Assembly: GCA_041572575.1 (NCBI GenBank)
Contig: JBFFSH010000008.1
Location: 1 to 49,634 of the forward strand
Source: Thermodesulfobacteriota bacterium
GTDB lineage: Bacteria > Desulfobacterota_D > UBA1144 > Nemesobacterales > N074bin48
Length of the DNA stretch: 49,634 bases
Direction: 5' to 3'
Both the position numbers and the translations under genes were made by a program. Below are positions 37,089 to 47,547 of the stretch, one piece after another; the stretch's first letter is position 1, and every line of letters begins with the position of its first letter. The notes under the pieces are model-generated. The model had not been told where the DNA came from and ran no database searches. It saw nothing but the letters and a program-made list of their open reading frames with translations.

Positions 37089-39281
37089 CTATTTTACCAA
37101 AAAGCTGATTTGTTTTGTCTTTGCAACCTGCTTACCCTGCCTTAACACCTGCGCACTAAGTCTGTAATCACCTCTTTTCACTGTCCATAAATGCTTACTG
37201 CCAATACCAGTTATTTTCTCATCATTAATGTTCCATAACACCTCATCGTTATCTTCCACTCCACGAATAGAAAACTCGAGCAACTGAGACTTTTCAGGGA
37301 TGCGTGGGTCATATGCAATATGAAGGTTATTTGATGGAATCTGTATCCTTATTTTTTCCTTTTTTTCCTCTTTTTTCACAAATTGGGTAGTATTACGGCT
37401 TACAAACCACTCGGTTTGAGATACACAATTCTTATCCTCCGGATCAAGTCTCCTATCATTTGTACAAAAATCAATTCTCTTTAGTTTCGGGCTTAGATAA
37501 AGAGGTTTTGTCTGCTGGTTCCTGGTAAGTTCTGAAAAAATCGTTCTAAGTAAAAGCGTGGGACCGGTTGATCCTGTAAGCCCCTCCGTGGGTTGCTGAT
37601 CCAGATTACCCATCCACACTCCTACGGTATATTTATAGTTATAACCTACAGCCCAGGCGTCCCGGTAGTCACTTGAAGTTCCGGTTTTAACAGCAGTTTC
37701 CACCGGAAAATTCAAGACACTGTTTTGACCAAATTCGAGCGCCCTGGCTTCAGCGTCTGACAATATGGTTCCAATAATAGATGACACCTGTTCTGAAAAT
37801 ACTCTTGTTGAATTTTGTGCAGCTGGGCTGTTATGAAATACTCTAAGCGGCCTTAATATACCCTTATTTGCCAGTGCCGAATAAGCCTGTACAAGGTGAA
37901 ACAGTGATACCTCTCCATTACCAAGAGATATTCCATCACCATAATAATTTGAATGATCCGCAAGTTCAGAAAAGCCTAAATCTGCTAAAACACGAAGGTA
38001 TTGCTCAGCCCCAACATACCGAAGAGTTTTTAGTGCCGGAATATTAAGAGAGTTGGCAAGAGCCTGTCTTAGGGTTACGGGACCGTAAAATGATCTGCTG
38101 TAGTTATTATAACTATGAAGCCCATGCCCAACGGATTCTGACAGAGGAGTATCCTCTATTATAGTTGCAGAACTCCACCCTTTTTCCAGTGCTAAAGCAT
38201 ACAGAAAAGGTTTTAGTGCCGAGCCAGGCTGCCTTGGCGTAGTTACTGCATTTATAAAGATTCCGGGTGTATTTGCGTTCTGACTTCTGCCAACAACCCA
38301 TGATAAAACTTCCCCCGTCAAATGATTTACTACCAGCACTGCACTATTATGTACATTTTTTGCCTTAAGATTAACAAGATGCTCATCAGACAAGGACTGA
38401 ACTTTTTTTTGTAAAGAACCATCTATAGTTGTAACAATTCTTTTATACCTGTTATATGATAATTCCTCCTGCCCCAGTGCGTACTGCACAAAATGAGGAG
38501 CATATACATCCATTGCCGGTTTTTGTATCTCAAACTTTTGCTCTTGCAGACTACTCCTTTGAATTTCAGACAATACTCCTTTTTTATAAAGCCTCTCGCT
38601 AAGAGCTGATATAGATAACTGCACGGAATCTCCAGGGTTATTATGAAGATCCATTCGGGTTGGCGCCCTTACCAATACGACAAGTGTGAGCATCTCTTTA
38701 TTGCTGAGCGTATCAATGTCACGATCAAAATAAAACCTTGCAGCCTGTACTATTCCCCTTCTGTTTGATGCATAGGGAACCTGATTTAAATAAAACTCCA
38801 AAATTTCATCCTTATCAAACTGCCTCTCCAATGCCGCTGCCTCAAACCCTTCGATCCACCTCGACCATAAAGTGCGGGGCCTGGTATTTATCATTCGCAC
38901 CGTCTGCTCGGTAATTGTGCTGGCCCCACGGACTGCCCTTAAATTTTTTAAATTGCTATAGAGGGTAGATGTCCTTGCAAGCCAGTCAACCCCGCCATGC
39001 TCGTAGAATCGCTTATCCTCTGAAAATATAAATGCCGTTTTTAGAAATTGCGGAATATCATGAAGCTCTATTACATCATGTACGTTCCATCGGTTTTGAT
39101 ATGTAACATTAAGGGGATTGCCGTGCTTATCGGTAATCTGCAGTTTAGACGAAGCAGAAAGTATTTGCTGAAAGGAGTCAGGAATATCCTTAACATCTTT
39201 ATGAGTTTTGTAAACAAAAACTACTAAGAAAGAAAAGAAAACACATATAAAAGGGAGCAAAGTTTTCCTATTATGATACAT
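37089..39281 (-). CDS. pbpC: Penicillin-binding protein 1C
   Basis: EDKRFY.H.GVD, GASTITEQ, QPGSALKPF, SLN, KTGT and a C-terminal BiPBP-like tail; ATG 39281 lies just after the alpha-2-macroglobulin stop. Confidence 0.93.
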   Translation of the reverse strand: MYHNRKTLLPFICVFFSFLVVFVYKTHKDVKDIPDSFQQILSASSKLQITDKHGNPLNVTYQNRWNVHDVIELHDIPQFLKTAFIFSEDKRFYEHGGVDWLARTSTLYSNLKNLRAVRGASTITEQTVRMINTRPRTLWSRWIEGFEAAALERQFDKDEILEFYLNQVPYASNRRGIVQAARFYFDRDIDTLSNKEMLTLVVLVRAPTRMDLHNNPGDSVQLSISALSERLYKKGVLSEIQRSSLQEQKFEIQKPAMDVYAPHFVQYALGQEELSYNRYKRIVTTIDGSLQKKVQSLSDEHLVNLKAKNVHNSAVLVVNHLTGEVLSWVVGRSQNANTPGIFINAVTTPRQPGSALKPFLYALALEKGWSSATIIEDTPLSESVGHGLHSYNNYSRSFYGPVTLRQALANSLNIPALKTLRYVGAEQYLRVLADLGFSELADHSNYYGDGISLGNGEVSLFHLVQAYSALANKGILRPLRVFHNSPAAQNSTRVFSEQVSSIIGTILSDAEARALEFGQNSVLNFPVETAVKTGTSSDYRDAWAVGYNYKYTVGVWMGNLDQQPTEGLTGSTGPTLLLRTIFSELTRNQQTKPLYLSPKLKRIDFCTNDRRLDPEDKNCVSQTEWFVSRNTTQFVKKEEKKEKIRIQIPSNNLHIAYDPRIPEKSQLLEFSIRGVEDNDEVLWNINDEKITGIGSKHLWTVKRGDYRLSAQVLRQGKQVAKTKQISFLVK

Positions 39282-39282
39282 T

Positions 39283-42200
39283 TTAGTTTGCAACCTCCAG
39301 TAAGCCTGGCAGCCCTTTTCCGAATACATCCGGATCATACATCTCTTCAGCATGTATCGGCATCTTTGTAAAATTTCCTTCAGCTATTGCCTGAGCTGTA
39401 TATGAAAGGAGATAGTTTCCCGCAGGCAGGTACTCGGAGTAAAATACAGCAGAATCGTGTCTTAGTTCTTTGTGATAAAAACTCCAGCGTGACACATTAT
39501 AATGATACCAGTCATCATACTGAAACCACCACGAACCTCCCGATGCCTTAAACTGTCCTTTATCAGCATCATCGATTGATGTAGTAGCCAGATCGCTGTT
39601 TACAGGTTCCAGACCACCTGGGATTGGATCATCTACAACTACGAAATTTCTTGCGGTAGGAAGAGACAGAAATATATCTACCCTCACAAGCTCACCTCTA
39701 TTAATCTTTGACGGATCATCGAGCAGTACCCAGCCGCCATCGCGCTCAACACTATACTCCTTTCGTATATCAATCCCTGCATTAACTCTCGATGAGTTTT
39801 CCAAAAGAGGTGCATAGCGCAGCCTCGTGGAGTAGTAGAGCCTGCCTTCTCCTGTCTTGTTTATCACAACAGTTTTATTCTTACCCGGGTCATCTGAGGT
39901 AATCTGCCTTTTTACAGTTTTGATATCATCCCTCAAATCTGAAAACTTGGCACTACCCATTACCTGCTCATCGAGTGATACATTTGCAACAAAATCAGGC
40001 TTAGTTTTTTCATATAGCCTCGAGTAGTCAATAAGAGAATTCATGCAGAACACATTTTCCTGAGTATTTTCCCAGTGATCTCTATTCCCTCGGGTTTGAG
40101 TAATAAACCGCACCAGTTTGAAAGGAATATCATTTATAAGCTCTAAAGCCTTTTCACTTTTCTCTAATTTAGTAATGCTGGATAGAACTGAACAGTTTGC
40201 TCTAAGCGGGCTTGCAAGAATTCGCAAGTAACTGTCATCCAGTTCTTCATTAAAGGAAAATTTTCCCGCAGACTGGACCGAATGAGATATTATTGTTTTA
40301 GTAACTTCATCTACAATTTCCTCTGATTGCGCAGTTTTTAAAGCAGCCTGCAGATAATGTGATTTTCCAAAAAGGCTCATATACTGAACATGCGGGCGGA
40401 ATCTCTCTAAATCATTTAGGGTTACCTTCCCATGCTCTGAAAGTGCTGCTAGCGCAACAGCCCTTACGGTTGATGACATACCTCGTGAGTAAAATGTTGG
40501 AAGCACGTCTTTTTTGAGCAGGTTCTTTAAGTAGCCGTGCAGCTTATTTTCTACTTCTTGCGGAATTTTATACCCGCTTTCTCTAAGCCAGTTAAATGCG
40601 AGTGCGGTATAGGCGCTTAAGTAAGGACTTACATATCCATCAGCAGGTATGAAGTATACCATGCCTCCATTTGGAGCTTGATAGTTTGCAGCCTGATCCA
40701 AGGTTTCCTGGGGCAATTTTCCACTTTCTTCCCACTTTAAATCATCCGGCATGTAGGATTTTAGATTTTTAAAATGTGAAGCCATTACACCCTTTGTAAG
40801 CTTTTGCTCCCAGCAGATATAGGGGTAGTCCCCTATGTATCTGAATGCGCCCTGCACATTGCCTATGACCGAAGGAGCAAGCGTTACGGAAATATCACCA
40901 ACATCAGAATAAATATCTTTTGGAAATAGAATTGATTCAGAAACATTTGCCCCGGTGGTCGTTCCATAGTTAGCGGCAGTCGCAAACGAGCGGCTCTTGT
41001 TTACATTCAGTTTGTGCACAATTCCATCACCATCTATCTTATCATTCGCTTTAACCTTAAAGCTTATTATTCCTTTATTTACATCTCTACTTTCATCGAC
41101 TCTCGACGATTCTACCGGCATGTACACAGTTGTTCGTTTATAAGGTTTTAGATCAACAGATGCCTCGTGTGTCAAACCAGACTTAATATCTCCGCTGGCA
41201 TTTATAGATACCTTAATAGTACGGTCTTTGTCCGTGCGGTTCATCACACTAAAACCTGCAATGAAACTGTCACCCTCGGTGACTTGATTGGGCATTACAG
41301 CTCTTACCTCAGTTGGCCTGTTTACTTTTATATTTGTATCACCAAGTCCCATCCTGTCTGATGGGGTAACGGCAAAGGCAAATATTCGCCAACCTGTAAG
41401 ATTATCGGGAAGCGTAAACTCTATTTCTGCGTTACCATCCTGATCTGGTTTTAACGACGGGTTCCAGTAGCTTACAAATTTAAAGATAGACCTCATGCTA
41501 ATTGAAGCCCCTCCATCTCCACCTGGATTGGCTCCTTTTTTCTCAAATTTTTGCCTACCAACCAACCTGCTAAGCAGACTATAATTAACCACGTCCAGAT
41601 TTTCGAGTTTATAAAAACCCCCATACGGATCAAAATAATTCTTGCCACCCTGAATTAGATCAAGTACTGCTTCATCCAAAACTGCAACAGCTATTTCAAT
41701 AGGTTCTGAATTATCTTTATTTTTCGGCTCTACATGAATTAGTGCTTTAACTTTGTTTCTGGGTTTGTAAACCTCCTTATCTGTTTTAATCTTGATATCG
41801 ATCTGTTTATACGCATCCTTTACAGGCACCTTTACATAGCCCATCTTGAAAGCGGGCTTTCCAAGATCAACCTTCCCAAATGCAGGAGGAGGTGTCTCCA
41901 CCCTGGGTGATAGAACAGCAACCGAAAAATAGAACCCCGGCAGGTAGTCCTTATCGACTGGGAATTCAACTACGGGGGTGCTGCCCTGCAGTCTTTGTAC
42001 CCAGTGTTTCATGACTCCAAAACGCTCTATACTAATTAGCGCATATGAATCGGGATAGGGATTTTTAATGAGGTACCGGGCTGTATCTCCTATATTATAT
42101 GATTCTTTTTCAGGAATTATCTGTATGGAATTATCGGCAGGCTCTCTCCATAACACACGCCCCTTCCCGGCTACCCATATTCTATACTCAGTAGAATGTT

Positions 42201-45200
42201 TTTTGTTTTTTGTATCTGCTATGGTTGCTGTAAGTTTATACGTGCCCGGATCACTTGGTACAAATTCACAACTGAGGGCCTCTTTTGCTGATACGCCCTT
42301 GCATGTCCCCGATGGAATCCACTCATCTACATAATTAGTTACATATGCATTTCCCGCTCCTTTTATCCTTGCAGCCTTTGTTTCCAAGCGTTCTATAACT
42401 ATATTTACTTTAGTACCTTCTGCAGGCTTACCTTTTTCATCCACGACTATGTAATTAACATTAGCAGGCTTATCTTCATCATACATCCAGCGGGTACTTT
42501 TAAGACCCACAAGCCTGTCAACAGCAATGTAATCTGCCCTTGCCTGTGATGCTATGTATTTACCTCTATCGTCGCGCACCGAGCTTTCTACATTAAGCGT
42601 GCCGTATATTACGTCTTCTTCGGGTATTTTGAATTTAAGAGAAAGCTCGCCTTTATCCCCCACATCATCTATTTTTTGATAGATTTGCTTTGATTGATGT
42701 TTTTTATAACTATCAAACCTAAAACCCCTTGCAACAGGGTCGTCTGAGCTAAAATACTTGCTTACGAGTCTTGCACTGACCCTGGCCTCTGCATCCGTAT
42801 AAGCGCCTCCAGAATGAAGAGCTGTGCGGGTTAATATCTCTACTTCATCTCCGGGATGAAAAAGGTCTCCGTTAAGGCTGTTTGTAACCTTAAATGATGA
42901 AGGAGTAAAATCACTTACAAGCACCTGAATCGGCTGCCATGAATATTTGGTAAAATCAGAACTCAGTTTAAATTTATACCATCCTACGGCCCCAATTTTT
43001 GCCACTTTATACTCACCGCTGTATGATCCAAATTCTGAAAGATTTATGTCTTTAACTTCACTTACAACCTTACCCTTGGGATCTATGATCTTGAGCAGGT
43101 ATTTAGCACGGGGTGCGGGGACAAATTGTTCATTGTCCTGATTGCGTACATAGAACTTATACTCAATTGTATCTCCTGCCCTGTAGACTCCCTGAGCCGT
43201 TGTACCCCATGAGCGAATATGGCCGTATTCCTTTTTGGAAGAACTGCCTACAGTGTAATTTGAGACCCTGTACGTGTGTATTTTAAAGCGGTTTATTAGT
43301 GGTATTAGAGCCATATCTTCATTGCTGTCGACCCTTACAAATATCCTCTCACAGTTATCCTCGCTGCAATCATTGTTAAAGGCTTTAGGATTACATTTAT
43401 CCTTATCACAGCTCCAGTTAAATGTTTGAAGCTGAGGGTCTATGTCTTTTAACCCTTTAAGTATCGCAATACCACTATCATTAGTGGTGATCTTATCGAG
43501 TGTTTTATTTGCAGAAGATAGTTCACTGAGAAAATCTTTATATATAGAAACATCTACTCCGCTTACGGGAAGTCCGGTTTTAAGATCAGTAACCCAGACA
43601 AGTGTATTAAAATGACCGGCCTTAACCTGAAGCTGATAGGGGCTTACCTGTCCAAAGAAAATATGTTCAGTGTAATATTTATTAACCACAGGGTTTGTAT
43701 TTAGTCTTCCGTATACGGCACCGGTTCTGCCACCTAACATTTCTCTTAGCTCAAGCGGCATAGCAAACTGTTTGTCCTCAGCATCGGCAACTGTAAGGGT
43801 TTTGGATTGATCCTTTACAGAGCCATCTTTTGTAAGGCTTCGGTACTTGATATTTATTCTATCAAGATTTGTTACATAAATTGGAAGCTCTGAGTCCACA
43901 TGTTTTTCAATAACCGATGTCCTGTGAACAAGCTCAAAATTTGGCGGTCTATGGTCAGTATAAAACTCAATATCAATTGGCTTACTAAGGGCCCTTCCAA
44001 ACTCATCACGCAGATCGGACGCTCTGGATTGAGAGAATATTGATTTAATATTGTCTGTAAGGCTAAGCTTGGCAGGTTTTGATTTTATACCGTATTTATC
44101 AAACGCTTTTAGAATCTCTGGAAACCATACGCGGTATATCCTGTCTTTTTTATGAGCAGTCCTGAGCCCCGAATAGTCACCCCTGTTTGCCCAGGGGTCA
44201 TAATCTTTCCTTCCCCCCGCAAGGTCTGGAACAAACTCAATATGTTCCTTTACCTGTGAGTTCATTACCGGGACCGAAAACGCAAGCGCCGCACCGCCAA
44301 GCGGGTTGCATTTATCTACTTCAGTCCAATTTTTATTAGTAACCAGAACACTGTTTCCATTGTTATTGGAACAGCTTATTCCAATAAATTTAAATTCAGG
44401 AAATGTATCGAAATTTACGACCACCCTGTCTTCAGCTCCTGTTTCTTTGCCAAAAGCAGAAACAAGCCCAGGTTCTATTTTGAAATTTATATTAGTATCA
44501 AGCGGCATCTCTTCTTTGGGATAAACAAGCCAGATGCGCCTGGCTTCTTCTCCATCAATTTTCTTGGGATCATCATCAACTTTTGAAGTCTGACCTTTGC
44601 CAAAATCTAATATGTAGCTTTCGCCCGGTACCACAAAATATCTAGGGAGCTGCCTGTCATTAGGGTCTTTTTCTACACCTACTTCATATCGTTTTTTTAG
44701 CTTTTCATCATCACTGTTCGATTCAAAATACAAATGCTTTTTCACAGAAGTTATGCTAACCGTCTGATTAAATGTAACCCTTACAATCGGAATTGAAGGG
44801 TTTTTCCAGTTTTGAACACTTGTGTACCTGGCCATGGGACGTTCTGTGATAAATTCATGTATATGAGTCCCTACTGCAGTAACTCCGTCTTCTGCTTTTA
44901 TCTCGGGTTTTATAGTTAGCGTGTATTTTGTAGCTTTGGAGAGTTTATTCTTATCATCAAGCTGACAAGCAAGGGCAGATGTGTTTATCCACCGCCACTG
45001 ACATTTAAGCTCTGGAGTAATCTGTATCGGTATTTCTTCTGGTTTTCTGTCCATTCTCCCAATAGGAACCACTGCGCGGTTAAAAGTAATTACTATCTGC
45101 CTGCTGGCAGGGACATCTTCACCAGACGGTGTTATGCTTCTGATTTGTAGAGAGGTTTGTTTATAATCGTTTTTTGGAGGGGGCTTACTCTCGGGTGTTT

Positions 45201-45273
45201 TAATAACACTATCATCTTTACAGGATATTAAAAAAAGCAATAACAGTAATCCAAAAGTGATAGTCTTTTTCAT
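39283..45273 (-). CDS. Bacterial alpha-2-macroglobulin lipoprotein
   Basis: Lipobox LISC, YRAGD, VLDEAVL, LPDNLTGWR, thioester motif YPYICWEQ, DPIPGGLEP and AEEMY.P; paired with pbpC. Confidence 0.95.
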   Translation of the reverse strand: MKKTITFGLLLLLFLISCKDDSVIKTPESKPPPKNDYKQTSLQIRSITPSGEDVPASRQIVITFNRAVVPIGRMDRKPEEIPIQITPELKCQWRWINTSALACQLDDKNKLSKATKYTLTIKPEIKAEDGVTAVGTHIHEFITERPMARYTSVQNWKNPSIPIVRVTFNQTVSITSVKKHLYFESNSDDEKLKKRYEVGVEKDPNDRQLPRYFVVPGESYILDFGKGQTSKVDDDPKKIDGEEARRIWLVYPKEEMPLDTNINFKIEPGLVSAFGKETGAEDRVVVNFDTFPEFKFIGISCSNNNGNSVLVTNKNWTEVDKCNPLGGAALAFSVPVMNSQVKEHIEFVPDLAGGRKDYDPWANRGDYSGLRTAHKKDRIYRVWFPEILKAFDKYGIKSKPAKLSLTDNIKSIFSQSRASDLRDEFGRALSKPIDIEFYTDHRPPNFELVHRTSVIEKHVDSELPIYVTNLDRINIKYRSLTKDGSVKDQSKTLTVADAEDKQFAMPLELREMLGGRTGAVYGRLNTNPVVNKYYTEHIFFGQVSPYQLQVKAGHFNTLVWVTDLKTGLPVSGVDVSIYKDFLSELSSANKTLDKITTNDSGIAILKGLKDIDPQLQTFNWSCDKDKCNPKAFNNDCSEDNCERIFVRVDSNEDMALIPLINRFKIHTYRVSNYTVGSSSKKEYGHIRSWGTTAQGVYRAGDTIEYKFYVRNQDNEQFVPAPRAKYLLKIIDPKGKVVSEVKDINLSEFGSYSGEYKVAKIGAVGWYKFKLSSDFTKYSWQPIQVLVSDFTPSSFKVTNSLNGDLFHPGDEVEILTRTALHSGGAYTDAEARVSARLVSKYFSSDDPVARGFRFDSYKKHQSKQIYQKIDDVGDKGELSLKFKIPEEDVIYGTLNVESSVRDDRGKYIASQARADYIAVDRLVGLKSTRWMYDEDKPANVNYIVVDEKGKPAEGTKVNIVIERLETKAARIKGAGNAYVTNYVDEWIPSGTCKGVSAKEALSCEFVPSDPGTYKLTATIADTKNKKHSTEYRIWVAGKGRVLWREPADNSIQIIPEKESYNIGDTARYLIKNPYPDSYALISIERFGVMKHWVQRLQGSTPVVEFPVDKDYLPGFYFSVAVLSPRVETPPPAFGKVDLGKPAFKMGYVKVPVKDAYKQIDIKIKTDKEVYKPRNKVKALIHVEPKNKDNSEPIEIAVAVLDEAVLDLIQGGKNYFDPYGGFYKLENLDVVNYSLLSRLVGRQKFEKKGANPGGDGGASISMRSIFKFVSYWNPSLKPDQDGNAEIEFTLPDNLTGWRIFAFAVTPSDRMGLGDTNIKVNRPTEVRAVMPNQVTEGDSFIAGFSVMNRTDKDRTIKVSINASGDIKSGLTHEASVDLKPYKRTTVYMPVESSRVDESRDVNKGIISFKVKANDKIDGDGIVHKLNVNKSRSFATAANYGTTTGANVSESILFPKDIYSDVGDISVTLAPSVIGNVQGAFRYIGDYPYICWEQKLTKGVMASHFKNLKSYMPDDLKWEESGKLPQETLDQAANYQAPNGGMVYFIPADGYVSPYLSAYTALAFNWLRESGYKIPQEVENKLHGYLKNLLKKDVLPTFYSRGMSSTVRAVALAALSEHGKVTLNDLERFRPHVQYMSLFGKSHYLQAALKTAQSEEIVDEVTKTIISHSVQSAGKFSFNEELDDSYLRILASPLRANCSVLSSITKLEKSEKALELINDIPFKLVRFITQTRGNRDHWENTQENVFCMNSLIDYSRLYEKTKPDFVANVSLDEQVMGSAKFSDLRDDIKTVKRQITSDDPGKNKTVVINKTGEGRLYYSTRLRYAPLLENSSRVNAGIDIRKEYSVERDGGWVLLDDPSKINRGELVRVDIFLSLPTARNFVVVDDPIPGGLEPVNSDLATTSIDDADKGQFKASGGSWWFQYDDWYHYNVSRWSFYHKELRHDSAVFYSEYLPAGNYLLSYTAQAIAEGNFTKMPIHAEEMYDPDVFGKGLPGLLEVAN

Positions 45274-45425
45274 TATTTCATCATCTTACAAAGAGCATAT
45301 GTAACCCCGTTTTTTATATAATAGCGTTTATGGATTTGGATTTCCAGTGATAAATATGAATTCAGAAAAGAATCCTATAGATAATACATATATTAAGTTG
45401 TTACTCTTATGAATAATTTATTATA

Positions 45426-46103
45426 TCATTTATAATCTTCAGCATTTTCCAACAATCGTATCTGTTTATCTGCATGACCATTCCGTCTTGCAACTCCACG
45501 AAATGAGTTTTCTTCGACATCTTCATTACCCCACTGATCCCATCCCTTTCTTCCAAACCTTGCAAAAAGTTCCAAATATGGTCCAGGAGAACAATCTTCT
45601 ATGATGTCATAAATTTCATCAGGTTTTCTAGAATGCTCTCGTTTCCTTGTTGAAAATAAATTAACTTTAGTGCGCCCCGGTTGGAGAGTCCTCATAGAAC
45701 CACGAACACCAAAGAGAATAAGCTCTGTGACATTTCGGAAATAAAAACCAACTCCGCGTCCGTCTGGTCCACCATCTTTACGAATTTTAAACCAGACAAT
45801 ATTAGTTTTATAACTGAATCCCCATTCCTTCATGACTTCCAAACCTTCTTTGAGTAATGCATTTGGAACCCATAAATAAAGATGTGATTTAGCCGCTGAA
45901 ATCTTACCTACTGGCAAATTTTTTATTTCTTCTAAATCCATAGTCGGATATCTTAATAAACGCCTATGTTCAGGCGCTACTTTGCCCGTTCGATTTTGAA
46001 ACTGCCAAGGTGGATCAGCTAGAATGGTTGAGTACAAACCTGTTGCTTTATTGAGTAAGTCCTCTGAAGGATTAATTTCAGTAATATTAATTATTTTTGC
46101 CAT
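45426..46103 (-). CDS. MT-A70-family adenine methyltransferase (RM methylase)
   Basis: ILADPPW, HLYLWV, WGF.YK, REHSRKP, LELFAR and WGNE. Confidence 0.95.
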   Translation of the reverse strand: MAKIINITEINPSEDLLNKATGLYSTILADPPWQFQNRTGKVAPEHRRLLRYPTMDLEEIKNLPVGKISAAKSHLYLWVPNALLKEGLEVMKEWGFSYKTNIVWFKIRKDGGPDGRGVGFYFRNVTELILFGVRGSMRTLQPGRTKVNLFSTRKREHSRKPDEIYDIIEDCSPGPYLELFARFGRKGWDQWGNEDVEENSFRGVARRNGHADKQIRLLENAEDYK

Positions 46104-46137
46104 ATCAAACTCCTAATTATTTAATAATTAGCAACTA

Positions 46138-46866
46138 TTAATATACAACCACATCTTTTGGTATCCCAATGAGAAGTAAAGGACATGGATTACCAACACC
46201 GCGACTAACTCTATCTTCAAGCTTTCGCCAATGAGTTGTGGCTTCGCCAAATTTATCAGAAACAAAAGCATGTGCCCAACCTGTTGTAAAAGATCCCTTA
46301 GATTTAACTGCAGATTCAATTAATTTCACCTGCCTGTTAGTTGGGTTATAGTAAGGTTCTAATTTTTTTAATGCATCAATATTATTTTCTACAGCAAATT
46401 TTTCTATTAAATTACGCATATCATCATGTAAAGATTTGCCTCTTGTTATAATAGCCCCAATCGAGATTACTCCTTCAGCATGTAATCTTTTAAAATTCTC
46501 AAGATCTCGATCATAGAATGGATCCTTGTTGTTCCATTCTATTTCTAAAGCAAAAGTTCCCTTAGGATACACTTTCACATGATCTATTTCATGTGATATT
46601 GATTCCTTCTCAACACCATCTACAATTTTTGTAATTTCAAAATTATGTTTTTCCCAACCAAAAACATTTGATAATTCTTTTCGCAACCTTTGAGTCATTT
46701 GACCTTCTCCACCACCACCACGAACTAACTCTTCCATTGGAATTTCTATTTTGCTTAAAACTGTTTCAAGTTCATTCACAGCACTATGCATATCATGTTT
46801 GAGAATAGCTTCTGCATGATGGAGCGCAAGAATTTGAAATCCTTTGTTTATCAGTTTTTCAAACAT
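46138..46866 (-). CDS. BglII/BstYI-family type II restriction endonuclease
   Basis: HEIDHVK....ALEIEWNNKDPFYDRDL, G.IITRG and CPLLLIGI; directly upstream of the MTase. Confidence 0.85.
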   Translation of the reverse strand: MFEKLINKGFQILALHHAEAILKHDMHSAVNELETVLSKIEIPMEELVRGGGGEGQMTQRLRKELSNVFGWEKHNFEITKIVDGVEKESISHEIDHVKVYPKGTFALEIEWNNKDPFYDRDLENFKRLHAEGVISIGAIITRGKSLHDDMRNLIEKFAVENNIDALKKLEPYYNPTNRQVKLIESAVKSKGSFTTGWAHAFVSDKFGEATTHWRKLEDRVSRGVGNPCPLLLIGIPKDVVVY

Positions 46867-46955
46867 TTGAATTTATAACTACATGGACAGTAAAATGATG
46901 ATATTATTATGTCTGAATATCAAGAAACGAAAAGAATTTAATTTAAAACATATAT

Positions 46956-47465
46956 TTAATCTGAGGTTAACTTATTATACAATTCACACATATCTTCATC
47001 CCTTTTAAATGAAAGAAACTCAGACAAGGCCTTATCACAGGAAAAATTTGTAATTGCTACTGTTCCGCTGCATTTGGAATACAGCTGAATTTTCTCATCA
47101 TAAACTGTAATCAAATCCGGAAACCCTCTATTATCAATACCTATAAAAAGTTTATCGACTTTTTGAGTTCCATGTGCAATTGGAAGATCAGTGCTGTCAT
47201 CAGAAAAAGCTATAATAATATAGTCGCCTGATGTAATTCTGTTCAAGCTTGCTTTGGCTTCTTTCTGAGTGAATGTTATGCCGGTTACATCTTCATACTT
47301 TCTGCAAGCGTTCACATATTCTTTAGAAATATTAATTATATGTGTTCTTTGGCTAGAATTGAGAGTTATAAGCTCTGCTTCTTTATATAGCTCAACTACA
47401 ATATTTTCAGATGCATAAGATTGTATAGGTATCAACAACAAAGAAAATACGAAGATATAGTGCAT
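46956..47465 (-). CDS. Secreted hypothetical protein
   Basis: Signal peptide ending SYA; four Cys; family not recognised. Confidence 0.7.
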   Translation of the reverse strand: MHYIFVFSLLLIPIQSYASENIVVELYKEAELITLNSSQRTHIINISKEYVNACRKYEDVTGITFTQKEAKASLNRITSGDYIIIAFSDDSTDLPIAHGTQKVDKLFIGIDNRGFPDLITVYDEKIQLYSKCSGTVAITNFSCDKALSEFLSFKRDEDMCELYNKLTSD

Positions 47466-47547
47466 AATTACATATACGACAGAATGTGAAAAAGGTTTTA
47501 AATATTTTTAAAGTCTTATACAATGTGTTTTAGAATTTTCTGTCAAA

